Shown piece by piece: positions 37,436 to 46,218 of a stretch of DNA of 64,000 bases; within the stretch, counting starts at the first letter, position 1, and each line of letters starts with the position of its first letter. The notes beneath the pieces were generated by a model that worked only from the letters and a program-made list of their open reading frames with translations, ran no database searches and was not told the origin of the DNA. Location: positions 14,572 to 78,571 of the forward strand of contig DASVAC010000169.1 of NCBI GenBank assembly GCA_036376535.1, given 5' to 3'. Position numbers and translations under genes: made by a program. This DNA comes from Gemmatimonadaceae bacterium (lineage in GTDB: Bacteria > Gemmatimonadota > Gemmatimonadetes > Gemmatimonadales > Gemmatimonadaceae).

Positions 37436-38938
37436 TCAGCGATGCGCGGGCTGGCCTGAGGCGGCCAGGGCATCGATGAGCGCGCGCGCCTTGTCGAGGG
37501 TTTCGCGGTACTCCTGTTCGGGATCGGAGTCGGCGACGATGCCGCCCCCTACACTAAAGTACACCGCGTCATCGAGCGCTTGATAGGTGCGGATGACGAT
37601 GCTGGTGTCCATGGCGCCGCTGGTGCCGATGTAGCCGATCGAGCCGCAATAGACGCCGCGGCGCGACGGCTCGAGCTCGGCGATGATCTCCATGGCGCGC
37701 ACTTTCGGCGCGCCGGTGATGGATCCCCCGGGGAACGTGGCCGTCAGGAGGTCGATGGCGTCGCATCCCTCCTCGATCTCGCCCGTGACGGTGGAGACGA
37801 GGTGGTGCACCGTCGAATAGTGCTCAAGTGCGAATAATTCAGGAACGCGCACGGTGCGCGGTGCGCAGACCCGCGACAGATCGTTGCGGAGCAGATCCAC
37901 GATCATGAGGTTTTCGGCGCGGTCTTTGGCGCTGTCGGTGAGGGCGCGGCCGAGCGCGGCGTCGTGGGCGGGATGGATGCCGCGGGGGCGCGTGCCTTTG
38001 ATCGGGCGGGCTTCGACGCGCCGCGCGTCGTCGAGGCGAAGGAAGCGCTCCGGCGACGCGCTGAGCACGTGCAGCTCCTCGAAGGCGAGATACGCCGCGA
38101 AGGGCGCGGGATTGAGCATGCGCAGGCGCTGATACAGCGACCAGCTGGATTCGGTGAGCGGCGCTTCGAGGCGCTGCGATACATTCGCTTGGAAGATGTC
38201 GCCGGCCACGATGTATTCGCGCACCCGCGTGACGGCATCGAGATAGCCGCGGTGGGTGAACGAGGAGCGGAGGCCGATCGGCGCGGCGGCGGCCACGTCG
38301 GTGACGGGATACGATGGTGCGCGCGCCACCTCCGCGTGCCGGCGCGGCACGCGCTGCCCGACGGACACCGGGTCCGGCGGGGCGGCGAGCCGCCGCGCGA
38401 TTTCCGTTAGGCGGCGCTGCGCGCGCTCGGCGCGCGCGCGCCCGTCGTTGGGCAACCCCGTCGACACGATCCACGCGCGGTTCGCGTCGTGGTCCCAGGC
38501 CACGACGCAATCGTAGAGGCCGAGCACGACGTCGGGGATGGAGAGATCATCGTACCGCGGCGCGGGGAGCCGCTCGAGGACGGAGCCCCAGTCGTACGCG
38601 ATGTAGCCGGCGGCGCCGCCTTGAAACGGCGGCAGATCAGGACGCGGCTCCGCGTGAAACGGCTGCAGGAGGCGCCGGATTTCCGCCAGGCTGTGACCCG
38701 GGACGGGCGTGCGCGAGCCATCCCGGTAGTCGATGCGCTCGGCGCGTCCGCCCTTGCACCGCACGACGATCGCGGGGTCGGCGGCGAGAAACGAATATCG
38801 GTCGCGGCCCGCCGCGTCGCGGGCGTGCGCGTGCGTGGCGCTGTCGAGGAAGAGCACGTACGGCATCCCGAGGAGGGCGGCGCAGGCGGACGCCGGGTCC
38901 GGCGCGGGGATGAGCTCCTCGACGAGCGGGAGCGTCAC
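37436..38938 (-). CDS. pabB: Aminodeoxychorismate synthase component I
   Basis: Chorismate-binding C-terminus (PGGSITGAPKVRAMEII..LE...RGVYCGSIGY). GTG at 38938 forms a GTGA overlap with the upstream stop. The 937-aa ORF in the track is a run-on. Confidence 0.85.
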   Translation of the reverse strand: MTLPLVEELIPAPDPASACAALLGMPYVLFLDSATHAHARDAAGRDRYSFLAADPAIVVRCKGGRAERIDYRDGSRTPVPGHSLAEIRRLLQPFHAEPRPDLPPFQGGAAGYIAYDWGSVLERLPAPRYDDLSIPDVVLGLYDCVVAWDHDANRAWIVSTGLPNDGRARAERAQRRLTEIARRLAAPPDPVSVGQRVPRRHAEVARAPSYPVTDVAAAAPIGLRSSFTHRGYLDAVTRVREYIVAGDIFQANVSQRLEAPLTESSWSLYQRLRMLNPAPFAAYLAFEELHVLSASPERFLRLDDARRVEARPIKGTRPRGIHPAHDAALGRALTDSAKDRAENLMIVDLLRNDLSRVCAPRTVRVPELFALEHYSTVHHLVSTVTGEIEEGCDAIDLLTATFPGGSITGAPKVRAMEIIAELEPSRRGVYCGSIGYIGTSGAMDTSIVIRTYQALDDAVYFSVGGGIVADSDPEQEYRETLDKARALIDALAASGQPAHR

Positions 38939-40404
38939 GCGGACGCGTTCCCGTCGTCCTGCGGGTCGCTCCCCTCGCGGGCGCGCGCCGCGCGCTCGGC
39001 GCGGCGAGATCGTTGCGTTAGGCGCACGTGCTCCGACACGGCATCGTCGGGCGGCGTGAGGTAACCCCAGTCGAGCTGGCCTTCCTGCCGGTAGGTCTTG
39101 CCCAGGGTGATCGCGAGCTTGGCCTTCGCGAGCTCCTTGCCGAGGTAGAACGCGTGCGTCCCTTCGGTGACGCCTAACTGCGAGAAGAGCTCCTGGATGT
39201 CGGTGCCGCGCACGAACAGGTCGCGGTTGAGCACGACGATCGAGTCGCGATCGGTGAAGATGCGGAAGTTGGGATCCGTGATGTGCGACTGCAGGTCGTG
39301 CAGCTCGTCGTCCGTGAACGACAGGATGCGCTGGTCTTTGACGGTGACCAGGCGGTCGTCGATGTGTTTGGGCGCGACCGTGTTCCGAATCGCGTAGTGC
39401 ATGAGGCGGCGCGCGATATCGATCTCGCGCACCGCGCCGCGCGCCCACCCGATCACTTCGGTGGTGAGCACCGTGCGGACGCCCAGCTCCTCGCAGATCG
39501 CGATGAGGATGGCGTTGACACCGGTGGTGTCGGCGGCTGTCAGCTCGGTGAGGTTGCCGATGCCCATCATCATGGGGACATCGGGATACCGCCGTCGCGT
39601 CTCGATGAACCGCTCGAGCGAGGCGACGAACCCGAATCCGATCGGCTCGATGACGGGGTCGATGAGAAACGGGATGCCTAACGACTGCAGCGTGCGGATG
39701 GTCGGCTCGAGCGTGTCGAGCGACGCGCCGAAGTCGGGGATCACGACGACGCGCACCTGCCGGCCGGCGAGCGTCCGTGCGACGTCGAGATTCGACGCGT
39801 TGACGCTCAGGACGAGCGACGCGCCCGCGTCGACCGCCGTCATGATCTCGCCCTGGTCGAAGCTGTCGATGCTGACGCGCAAGCCGGCCGCGACGAGCTC
39901 CCGCACGATCGAGCCGAGCTCGGGGAACGCGAGCCCGGGTGTGCAGCCGACGTCGATGTAGTCCGCGCCCGATTCGTGGAGGCGGTGTGCTTCGGCCAGG
40001 AGCGCGTCGCGCGACCACCGCGGCGCGTTGTTGATCTCGGCGAGGATCTCGATGTCCTGGTCGCCGTAGTCTCGGTGGAGGGCTGCCTGGCCGAAATACT
40101 CGGGGATCTCGCGCAGGTCTTTCGGTCCTTTGGCGACGCGCACGCCCATGCGCTCGGCGATGACGTCGGTGTCGCCCTCGCAGAGTCCCGGAATGAGCAC
40201 GAGATCCGTTCCGGCGGCGGGCGGCGCGGGTAGGAAGCGCGCGATCCACGGCGTAGTCATGAGCGCGGCCACCGTGATGTGCATGACGGCGACGTCGAAC
40301 GCGAACGGCGGCGCCATGCGATCGAGCGTTCCCCTCAAGGCCGGCTCCGCCAGCCGCCCGGTGACGAACAGCACGCGAGACGGGTTGACCGCGGTGTCGC
40401 TCAC
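38935..40404 (-). CDS. Dihydropteroate-synthase-like protein (MptH-type, H4MPT biosynthesis)
   Basis: 489 aa. N-terminal extension plus a pterin-binding TIM barrel (ADYIDVGCTPG, SIDSF). GTG start at 40404. Confidence 0.75.
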   Translation of the reverse strand: MSDTAVNPSRVLFVTGRLAEPALRGTLDRMAPPFAFDVAVMHITVAALMTTPWIARFLPAPPAAGTDLVLIPGLCEGDTDVIAERMGVRVAKGPKDLREIPEYFGQAALHRDYGDQDIEILAEINNAPRWSRDALLAEAHRLHESGADYIDVGCTPGLAFPELGSIVRELVAAGLRVSIDSFDQGEIMTAVDAGASLVLSVNASNLDVARTLAGRQVRVVVIPDFGASLDTLEPTIRTLQSLGIPFLIDPVIEPIGFGFVASLERFIETRRRYPDVPMMMGIGNLTELTAADTTGVNAILIAICEELGVRTVLTTEVIGWARGAVREIDIARRLMHYAIRNTVAPKHIDDRLVTVKDQRILSFTDDELHDLQSHITDPNFRIFTDRDSIVVLNRDLFVRGTDIQELFSQLGVTEGTHAFYLGKELAKAKLAITLGKTYRQEGQLDWGYLTPPDDAVSEHVRLTQRSRRAERAARAREGSDPQDDGNASA

Positions 40405-40416
40405 GGCGTTAGGCGG

Positions 40417-40776
40417 CTACTTGGGATCGCCGCCGCGCACGAACTTGTTCGGCGTTCCCTCCAGCGGCGTCCCGGACGGACGCCAGAGGGAGCATTCCTC
40501 GATGCGTTTGGCGAGCGCGAAGTCCTTGTCCGTGATGCCGCCGGCGCTGTGGGTCTTGAGCTTGACCCACACTTTTGCCCACGTGACGCTGAGGTCCGGG
40601 TGGTGGTACGCGGCCTCGGCCACGTATCCGATCGCGTTCACGAGCATGAGCGTGGTGGGCCAGCCGTCTGTCTTGTACTGGCGGCGAATCCACCCGTCCT
40701 CGTAGTACCAGCCGGGGAGCTCGCGCAGCTTCTCCGCGATCTGGTCATCGGTGTACGTGTTGTCCTTGGCGACCAT
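40417..40776 (-). CDS. Pterin-4a-carbinolamine dehydratase
   Basis: 119 aa. LPGWYYEDG..I.R.Y......NAIGYVAEAAYHHPDLSVTWAKVWVKLKTHSAGGIT. Confidence 0.85.
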   Translation of the reverse strand: MVAKDNTYTDDQIAEKLRELPGWYYEDGWIRRQYKTDGWPTTLMLVNAIGYVAEAAYHHPDLSVTWAKVWVKLKTHSAGGITDKDFALAKRIEECSLWRPSGTPLEGTPNKFVRGGDPK

Positions 40777-40842
40777 GTCGTGCTCCTTGCCGATTGAAAC
40801 GCGAACTGCCGCGGCGGTCGTTCGTGCCTAACGGACGCCGCC

Positions 40843-41697
40843 TTACATGACGGCGCCGCCGCCGATCAAGAGCGTTTGCCCGGTGAGATACGCGCTGTCG
40901 GGCGACGCGAGAAATATGGCGGCGCGCGCGACGTCCGCGGGCGTGCCCCAGCGCGCGAGCGGTATCGACCGCGCGACCTTGCGTCGACGAACGGCGTCGA
41001 GTCCACCGCCGAACTCCGTGTCGATCCATCCTGGAGCGAGGACGTTCACCCGAATGAGCGGCGCGACGGTTCGTGCGAGTGACTTGCTGAACGCCATCAC
41101 GCCTCCCTTGACCGCCGAAAACATCTCGGGATTTCGTCCGGACATTCCACTCAGGACGTGGTCCCAGCTCATGTTCAGAATAACGCCGCCGGCCGATTGT
41201 TCGCGCATCACGCGTACAGCTTCCCAGGACGCGAGGATGGTGCCTCGGAGGTCGACCGAGAGGAGCAGATCGAGCTTCTTGGTGTCGGGGAGGTTGGCGG
41301 CGCGGCCGGTGAGGATGTCGGCGCCCGCGTTGTTGATCCAGACGTCGATGCGACCGAGCGCGCGGTTGGCGTCGGCAGCGAGATCGGCGATCGAGGCGGC
41401 GTCAGCCAGATCCAGGCGAAAAACCTGCGCTCGCCGACCCAAGTGCTCGATCTCGGCGGCTGCGGAGCGGGCTTCGCGTTCTTCGCTGCGGTATGTGATC
41501 GCGACGTCAGCGCCCGCGTGCGCGGCGGCGAGCGCGATGGCTCGGCCAATACCAGTAGAAGCGCCGGTGACGAGGACGTTGGCGCCGGCCAGTGCCGGCC
41601 CAGAGCTGCCGGGTCGCGAGGCGCCAGTGTGTCGATCGCTCAACCGGTTGCCTCCCTGCGTCGTGTTCCGTAACGTAGCCCCGGGGACGGCAAACAT
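40843..41697 (-). CDS. Short-chain dehydrogenase/reductase (possibly a pteridine reductase)
   Basis: VLVTGASTGIGRAIA and NNAG motifs. Start codon uncertain. The pteridine role is inferred from context only. Confidence 0.7.
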   Translation of the reverse strand: MFAVPGATLRNTTQGGNRLSDRHTGASRPGSSGPALAGANVLVTGASTGIGRAIALAAAHAGADVAITYRSEEREARSAAAEIEHLGRRAQVFRLDLADAASIADLAADANRALGRIDVWINNAGADILTGRAANLPDTKKLDLLLSVDLRGTILASWEAVRVMREQSAGGVILNMSWDHVLSGMSGRNPEMFSAVKGGVMAFSKSLARTVAPLIRVNVLAPGWIDTEFGGGLDAVRRRKVARSIPLARWGTPADVARAAIFLASPDSAYLTGQTLLIGGGAVM

Positions 41698-41721
41698 TAA
41701 CGGCGCAGCGACCCCTCACAA

Positions 41722-41790
41722 GGGGACGGGTGGACGGGGGATGGAGACGGGGACGGGGCAGCGGGCGAAGGCACTCGAGGGGACGGAGGG
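41722..41790 (+). repeat. G-rich direct-repeat array (GGGGACGG x3 plus GGACGGGGG) in a divergent promoter
   Basis: GGGGACGG at 41722, 41749 and 41779 (spacing 27 and 30 nt) and GGACGG at 41732. There are at least 8 G-runs of 3 or more on the plus strand. Confidence 0.75.
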
Positions 41791-41795
41791 TTCCG

Positions 41796-42608
41796 GTGCG
41801 GCTTCTGATCAGTGTGGCGAGTGAGGCAGAGGCAGGGGCCGCTCTCGAGGGCGGGGCGGACATCATCGACGCGAAGGACCCTGCACGCGGCGCACTCGGC
41901 GCGGTGAGTACGACAGCGTTGCGCGAGATTGTTCGCGCCGTAGATGGGCGTCTGCCAGTGAGCGCGGCGTTGGGTGATGCCAGCGACGAGAAGACGGTGG
42001 CGTTGGCTGCGCGACGGGCCGCAGCCGAACGGCTGGCCTACGTGAAAGTAGGTTTCGCCGGGGTTTCCAACCTCGATCGAGTGGAATCGCTGATCTCCGC
42101 CGCGGTGCAAGGAGCGGGGATGGTGAGCGCGAGCGCAGGTGTCATTGCGGTGGCCTATGCGGATGCTTCGGCGCAAGATGTAGCGAGTCTGTCGCCATGG
42201 TGGCTCATTGAAGCGGCTGAAAGAGGCGGTGCAGTAGGCGTCCTTCTCGATACGGCGGTAAAGCTCGGCGCTGGACCGCAGGATGACTCCGGGTCGAGCC
42301 TATTTCGGGTGATGACGCAGGCACATGTTGCGACGTGGATTCGCCATGCGCATGAGGCCGACCTTACGGTAGCGGTAGCCGGCGGCCTTGCTGGCTCTGA
42401 TCTGGCGCTATTGCGCGCGCTCGGCGCGGACGTCGTCGGCGTGCGCGGCGCGGCTTGCGAGGGCGGCGATCGCCTTGGCCACGTATCGCGCGCGAACGTC
42501 GCAGCACTGGCGCGCGCGGCCGGCCGGCGGAGATGGCCGAGTGCGGCGGCGCTTCGCGGCGATGCCGCGGGCCGGGAGACGCCTACGTCGCGCGCAGCGC
42601 TTCCGTGA
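41796..42608 (+). CDS. mfnB: (5-formylfuran-3-yl)methyl phosphate synthase-like (MfnB/DUF556)
   Basis: VRLLISVASEAEAGAALEGGADIIDAKDPARGALGA...VSAALGD...YVKVGF. GTG at 41796 is preceded by GGAGGG. Confidence 0.8.
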   Translation: MRLLISVASEAEAGAALEGGADIIDAKDPARGALGAVSTTALREIVRAVDGRLPVSAALGDASDEKTVALAARRAAAERLAYVKVGFAGVSNLDRVESLISAAVQGAGMVSASAGVIAVAYADASAQDVASLSPWWLIEAAERGGAVGVLLDTAVKLGAGPQDDSGSSLFRVMTQAHVATWIRHAHEADLTVAVAGGLAGSDLALLRALGADVVGVRGAACEGGDRLGHVSRANVAALARAAGRRRWPSAAALRGDAAGRETPTSRAALP

Positions 42609-43149
42609 GGCCGGCGGCGTCGGCGACCACGAGGCGTACCTCGTTAGGCAGCGCCCGCTCGAAGTATGCGTCCACGAGCTTCGCCTGCTCGCCTACGACG
42701 GGTTTGACCAGGACCAGTCGCCGGGCCTCGAGCTCGCCCGCCACCCAGGCGGCGATGGAGTCGCTCGTGACGTCCCAACTATGCGGCAGCGGGTCGCGGG
42801 CGCGCAGCCAGCGATAGGGCGCGAGCACCGGGAGCCGGCCGTGCACGAGTGCGCCCGTGATTTCGGCCGGGTGCTCGACGACGCGCGCGTGACGCGTGCG
42901 CGACGCGATGAGGAGGGCGTGCTGGTCCATGGCCAGAATCGCCATCCAGTGGGCCGCATCGGGGCCGATGCCTAACGCCGCATCGACGTGCCGGACGGCG
43001 TCGGCGAACGGGCCCCCGCCCGGCACGACGGCGACGCCATCGCCGCGGGCGACGGCGCTCTCCAACGCCCGCACGACGCTATCGAGCGGACCGGGTGCGG
43101 CGAGCAGTGCGCCGCCGATCTTCACGACGGTGTCGACGCGCGTGGTCAT
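42583..43149 (-). CDS. Amino-acid-kinase-fold protein (possibly MfnE-like)
   Basis: VVKIGGALLA...VVPGGGPFAD. ATGA overlap with the upstream gene at 43146-43149. Confidence 0.6.
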   Translation of the reverse strand: MTTRVDTVVKIGGALLAAPGPLDSVVRALESAVARGDGVAVVPGGGPFADAVRHVDAALGIGPDAAHWMAILAMDQHALLIASRTRHARVVEHPAEITGALVHGRLPVLAPYRWLRARDPLPHSWDVTSDSIAAWVAGELEARRLVLVKPVVGEQAKLVDAYFERALPNEVRLVVADAAGLTEALRAT

Positions 43150-44165
43150 GCGCGACACCCGCGCAGCAGCGCGACGGCGGCCGCGGGGGCGATCCGGGCG
43201 GCGTCCTGGCCTAACGAAGCGGCCAGGCTCGTGCACGGCGCACCCAGGCTGCGTGCAGCGCGCTCGGCGAGGAACGCGCCGAGGCCTGCCGTGATGATCG
43301 GTGTATCGACGGGCGCGCTCGCGCGCACGTGCGCGAGCGCCCGGGCAGTTCGAGCGACCTGCACCGCGGCGACGTGGGCAGCGATCCGGTCGATGGCATG
43401 ATCGTCGAGCATCTCGCGGTCGGCGCAGACGATGCGCGCGAGTCGTTCGCGCGCGAACTCGCGCGTGACGGGACGGCCATCCGGCGCCGGCGTGCCATAG
43501 TCGTCCGCCGCCAGGTCGCCGTTCCAGAGGTGGACGTCGCCCGAGAGGGCGAATGCTTCGGCCGACACGCCGGCCGAGGCCGACCCGAGGGGGACATCGT
43601 GGACGATGGCTTCGACCGGCGTGCGGACCGCGCCCAGATAGAGCAGCTCTCGGTGAGCCAGCCGCTCGGGATCGGTGCGGCCCGCCGCCGCGGCGGCGCC
43701 GTGCGCGATCGGGATGATGTCGGTGGTCGTCGACCCGATATCCACCAGCGTTGCGTTAGGCCACGTGCGGGCGACGACCGATGCGGTGGCGTGCCAGTTG
43801 GACGCGGCGGCGCGCAGCGGCTCGCGGCGCGCCTCGTCGGTGGAGACGAACCGGCCGTCCACCGTGTAGATCGCGACGTCGTCCTGCGGGAACGCCGCCG
43901 CCATCGCGTCGAGTACGAAGGCGACGCCCTCGCGCTTGGTGCGAAAGAGCTGCGAGAGCTCGGCCGTCATCGTGACGGCGTGCGGGGTGCCATCGGCGAG
44001 TCCCGCGGTGCGGGCCTCGGTGCGCAGTGCGGCAACGAGGTTGCCGGGCGTGCGCTGGATCTCGAAGGGGAGGGTGTGCGCGTGCGCAACGCGGCCGTCG
44101 CGTACGACGGCGCACTTGAGGTTGACGCCGCCCACATCCCAACCGGCGATCACGGGCGGCGTCAT
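43146..44165 (-). CDS. Hydantoinase/ASKHA-like H4MPT-linked C1 transfer pathway protein (possibly MfnF-like)
   Basis: MTPPVIAGWDVGGVNLKCAVV...DIGSTTTDIIPI. Confidence 0.65.
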   Translation of the reverse strand: MTPPVIAGWDVGGVNLKCAVVRDGRVAHAHTLPFEIQRTPGNLVAALRTEARTAGLADGTPHAVTMTAELSQLFRTKREGVAFVLDAMAAAFPQDDVAIYTVDGRFVSTDEARREPLRAAASNWHATASVVARTWPNATLVDIGSTTTDIIPIAHGAAAAAGRTDPERLAHRELLYLGAVRTPVEAIVHDVPLGSASAGVSAEAFALSGDVHLWNGDLAADDYGTPAPDGRPVTREFARERLARIVCADREMLDDHAIDRIAAHVAAVQVARTARALAHVRASAPVDTPIITAGLGAFLAERAARSLGAPCTSLAASLGQDAARIAPAAAVALLRGCRA

Positions 44166-44188
44166 GCGGCGCTTCCGTTAGGCGGACG

Positions 44189-44950
44189 ATGCGTCTGATC
44201 CCGGTGCTCGATCTGCGCGGCGGCCGCGCCGTCCATGCGCGCGGCGGGGACCGCGCGAGATATGCGCCGCTCGTGTCGCGTGTGGCGCCTGGTGCGGCGC
44301 CGGGCGACGCGGTGGCGATCGCCGGCGCCTACAGCGCGTTGGGCGCGCCGCGCATCTACGTCGCGGATCTCGACGCGATCGAGGGACGCGCGCCGCAGGA
44401 TTCGGTGGTGCGGGCGTGCGCGCTGGCGGCGACTGCGCGCGGCAGCGCGCGCGTGTGGATCGATGCCGGCATCGCCGCGGCCGGCGACGTGAGCCGATGG
44501 GTGGCGGTTCCAGGTGTCGAGCGGATCATCGTCGGCCTGGAGAGCGTCGCGTCGATGGATGCGGTCGCGGAGATCGTGCGGGCGGCGCAGCCTAAGTCCG
44601 TCGCCTTCAGCGTGGATTTGCGAGACGGCGTCCCCGTTGCTCGAGATCCGGCGTTGCGCAGCGTGTCGCCGGTCGAGCTGGCGCGGGCGGCGGTGCGGGC
44701 CGGCGCGGTGAGCGTCGTGCTGTTGGACCTGGCGCGTGTGGGCACCGGCGCGGGTGTCGACGCGCGGTTGGCGCAGCGCGTGGCCGCCGGCATTGCGCCC
44801 ACCGAAGTGCTGGTTGGCGGCGGCATTCGGGACATCGATGCCGTGCGACGGCTTGGTGCGTTGGGCGTGCACGGGGTCCTCGTGGGCAGCGCGCTGCACG
44901 ACGGCCGGATCGACGGGCGGGCGCTCGCCACCCCGGTCGCGCCGGCCTAA
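44189..44950 (+). CDS. HisA/HisF-family TIM-barrel protein
   Basis: MRLIPVLDLRGGRAVHARGG...LLDLARVGTGAGVD...GGGIRD. Confidence 0.65.
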   Translation: MRLIPVLDLRGGRAVHARGGDRARYAPLVSRVAPGAAPGDAVAIAGAYSALGAPRIYVADLDAIEGRAPQDSVVRACALAATARGSARVWIDAGIAAAGDVSRWVAVPGVERIIVGLESVASMDAVAEIVRAAQPKSVAFSVDLRDGVPVARDPALRSVSPVELARAAVRAGAVSVVLLDLARVGTGAGVDARLAQRVAAGIAPTEVLVGGGIRDIDAVRRLGALGVHGVLVGSALHDGRIDGRALATPVAPA

Positions 44951-44992
44951 CGGAACGGTCGCGTCGGGGCGCGCCACTATTCCGTTAGGCCG
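44943..44992. terminator. 13-bp perfect inverted repeat built from two copies of the abundant word (bidirectional terminator candidate)
   Basis: CGGCCTAACGGAA (44943-44955), 24-nt spacer, TTCCGTTAGGCCG (44980-44992). Lies between convergent genes, and the left arm contains the TAA stop at 44948-44950. Confidence 0.55.
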
Positions 44993-44999
44993 AGTGGGG

Positions 45000-46184
45000 T
45001 CAGGGCTTGCCGGCGGCGCGCGTCGAGTCGGCTTTCGGGCGCGGCTGGCGGTTGGGTCGCATGTTCGGCATGTCGCTCATCGGCATGTCGCGCATGCTCG
45101 CGTCGCCCGACGAGCCCGCGTGCGCATCGTCGCCCTTGTGTCCCTGCGACGCGGTACCGGCCGTGTGCGCATTCATGTCGTTCATGATCGGCAGCGTCGC
45201 GATGTCGCGTTTCACGAGCGGGTCGTTGAGGTCGAGCTTGGGCCAGGTCGCGCCGTCGGCGGGGACGAAGGCGCCGTTGATGTGTCCCATGCCGCCGTCC
45301 TTCAACGTTTCGTTGGTCGGGTTGTCGTATTCGGCGACGACGCGATACGGGTGATGCGCCTGGAGTGCGAGCGCGTCGCTATTGAATCCGAAGATGAACC
45401 GGCCGACGCCCTTCACACGGCCGTCGTGGTCGCGCCGCGCCTTGAGGCGAGCGAGCACCTTGCCGGTGGCTGCGTCTTGCAGCTCGAGGCTGCTGCCGTA
45501 GTCGTGGAGATGGCCGCCAATGCCGACGAGTTTGCCGGCGATCGGGAGCTGAAATTCAAAGCTGTGCGATGACTTGCCGGGCGGCACGTCGAACGTGGTG
45601 ACGCCGCCGATGTGGTTGTTCACGTCGACGTAGAACGGCATCACGGACAGGACGTCGTGTCCTTTGGCCGGCGTGTAGAGCAGCGTGACCTCGAGGTACG
45701 CGGCGTCGATGTCCTTGCCGGTTTCGTTGTGGAACATGGCGTACATGCCGAGTTTGTCGCCGACGTGCATGGGAACGCCCATCGAGGTGGGGAGCTCGAC
45801 GGGATCGGTTTCGGCGCCCCAGCCGAAGAGGCGTTCGACGGCCGGGTACACCAGCTGGCGGCGGTCGAAGTTGACGCCGATGAGGTGGTGGAGAATGTCG
45901 CGCGGCAGCGCGTTGCCGGCGGCGTCGTGCATGCGCACGCTGAACCCGCGCAGGTATCCGTCGACGGGCCAGGCGAACGGCATCACGTCGTTAGGCGCCA
46001 TGTCGGCCATGTCCATGTGCGGGTCCATGGCGGGCAGGCGGAACGGGCCTGCCGTGACGACGATGCGGGAATGCGCCGAGTCGACGCGGATGTCGATGTG
46101 CGGCGCGGCGGCCGGCGGCGCCGGGTGCGGCCGTGCGGCCGGCCCCGCGAGCATCGCCGCGGCAGCGAGGAGCAGAGTCACCAT
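45000..46184 (-). CDS. Exported protein with copper type II monooxygenase-like His/Met pattern and a Met/His-rich tail
   Basis: Signal peptide. HH (~99-100), H (~152), H-x-H (~225/227) and M (~299), with spacing close to the PHM/DBH CuH and CuM ligands. C-terminal tail MNDMNAHTAGTASQGHKGDDAHAGSSGDASMRDMPMSDMPNM. Confidence 0.4.
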   Translation of the reverse strand: MVTLLLAAAAMLAGPAARPHPAPPAAAPHIDIRVDSAHSRIVVTAGPFRLPAMDPHMDMADMAPNDVMPFAWPVDGYLRGFSVRMHDAAGNALPRDILHHLIGVNFDRRQLVYPAVERLFGWGAETDPVELPTSMGVPMHVGDKLGMYAMFHNETGKDIDAAYLEVTLLYTPAKGHDVLSVMPFYVDVNNHIGGVTTFDVPPGKSSHSFEFQLPIAGKLVGIGGHLHDYGSSLELQDAATGKVLARLKARRDHDGRVKGVGRFIFGFNSDALALQAHHPYRVVAEYDNPTNETLKDGGMGHINGAFVPADGATWPKLDLNDPLVKRDIATLPIMNDMNAHTAGTASQGHKGDDAHAGSSGDASMRDMPMSDMPNMRPNRQPRPKADSTRAAGKP

Positions 46185-46218
46185 GATCTGAATCCTTGAT
46201 CGTTAGGCATGAGCACGT

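Noticed and set aside
37436-40249. 937-aa ORF that looks like a giant fusion protein ending in PabB
   Set aside because: The N-terminal ~437 aa are Arg/Pro/His-rich low-complexity sequence lying out of frame over the DHPS-like gene (38935..40404). This is the typical high-GC run-on. Real pabB starts at the GTG at 38938, overlapping the upstream stop.
44943-44992. 13-bp perfect inverted repeat as the terminal repeats of a MITE or IS
   Set aside because: Only 24 nt lie between the arms, with no target-site duplication or transposase. The arms are simply two copies of the abundant word plus flanks, between convergent genes.
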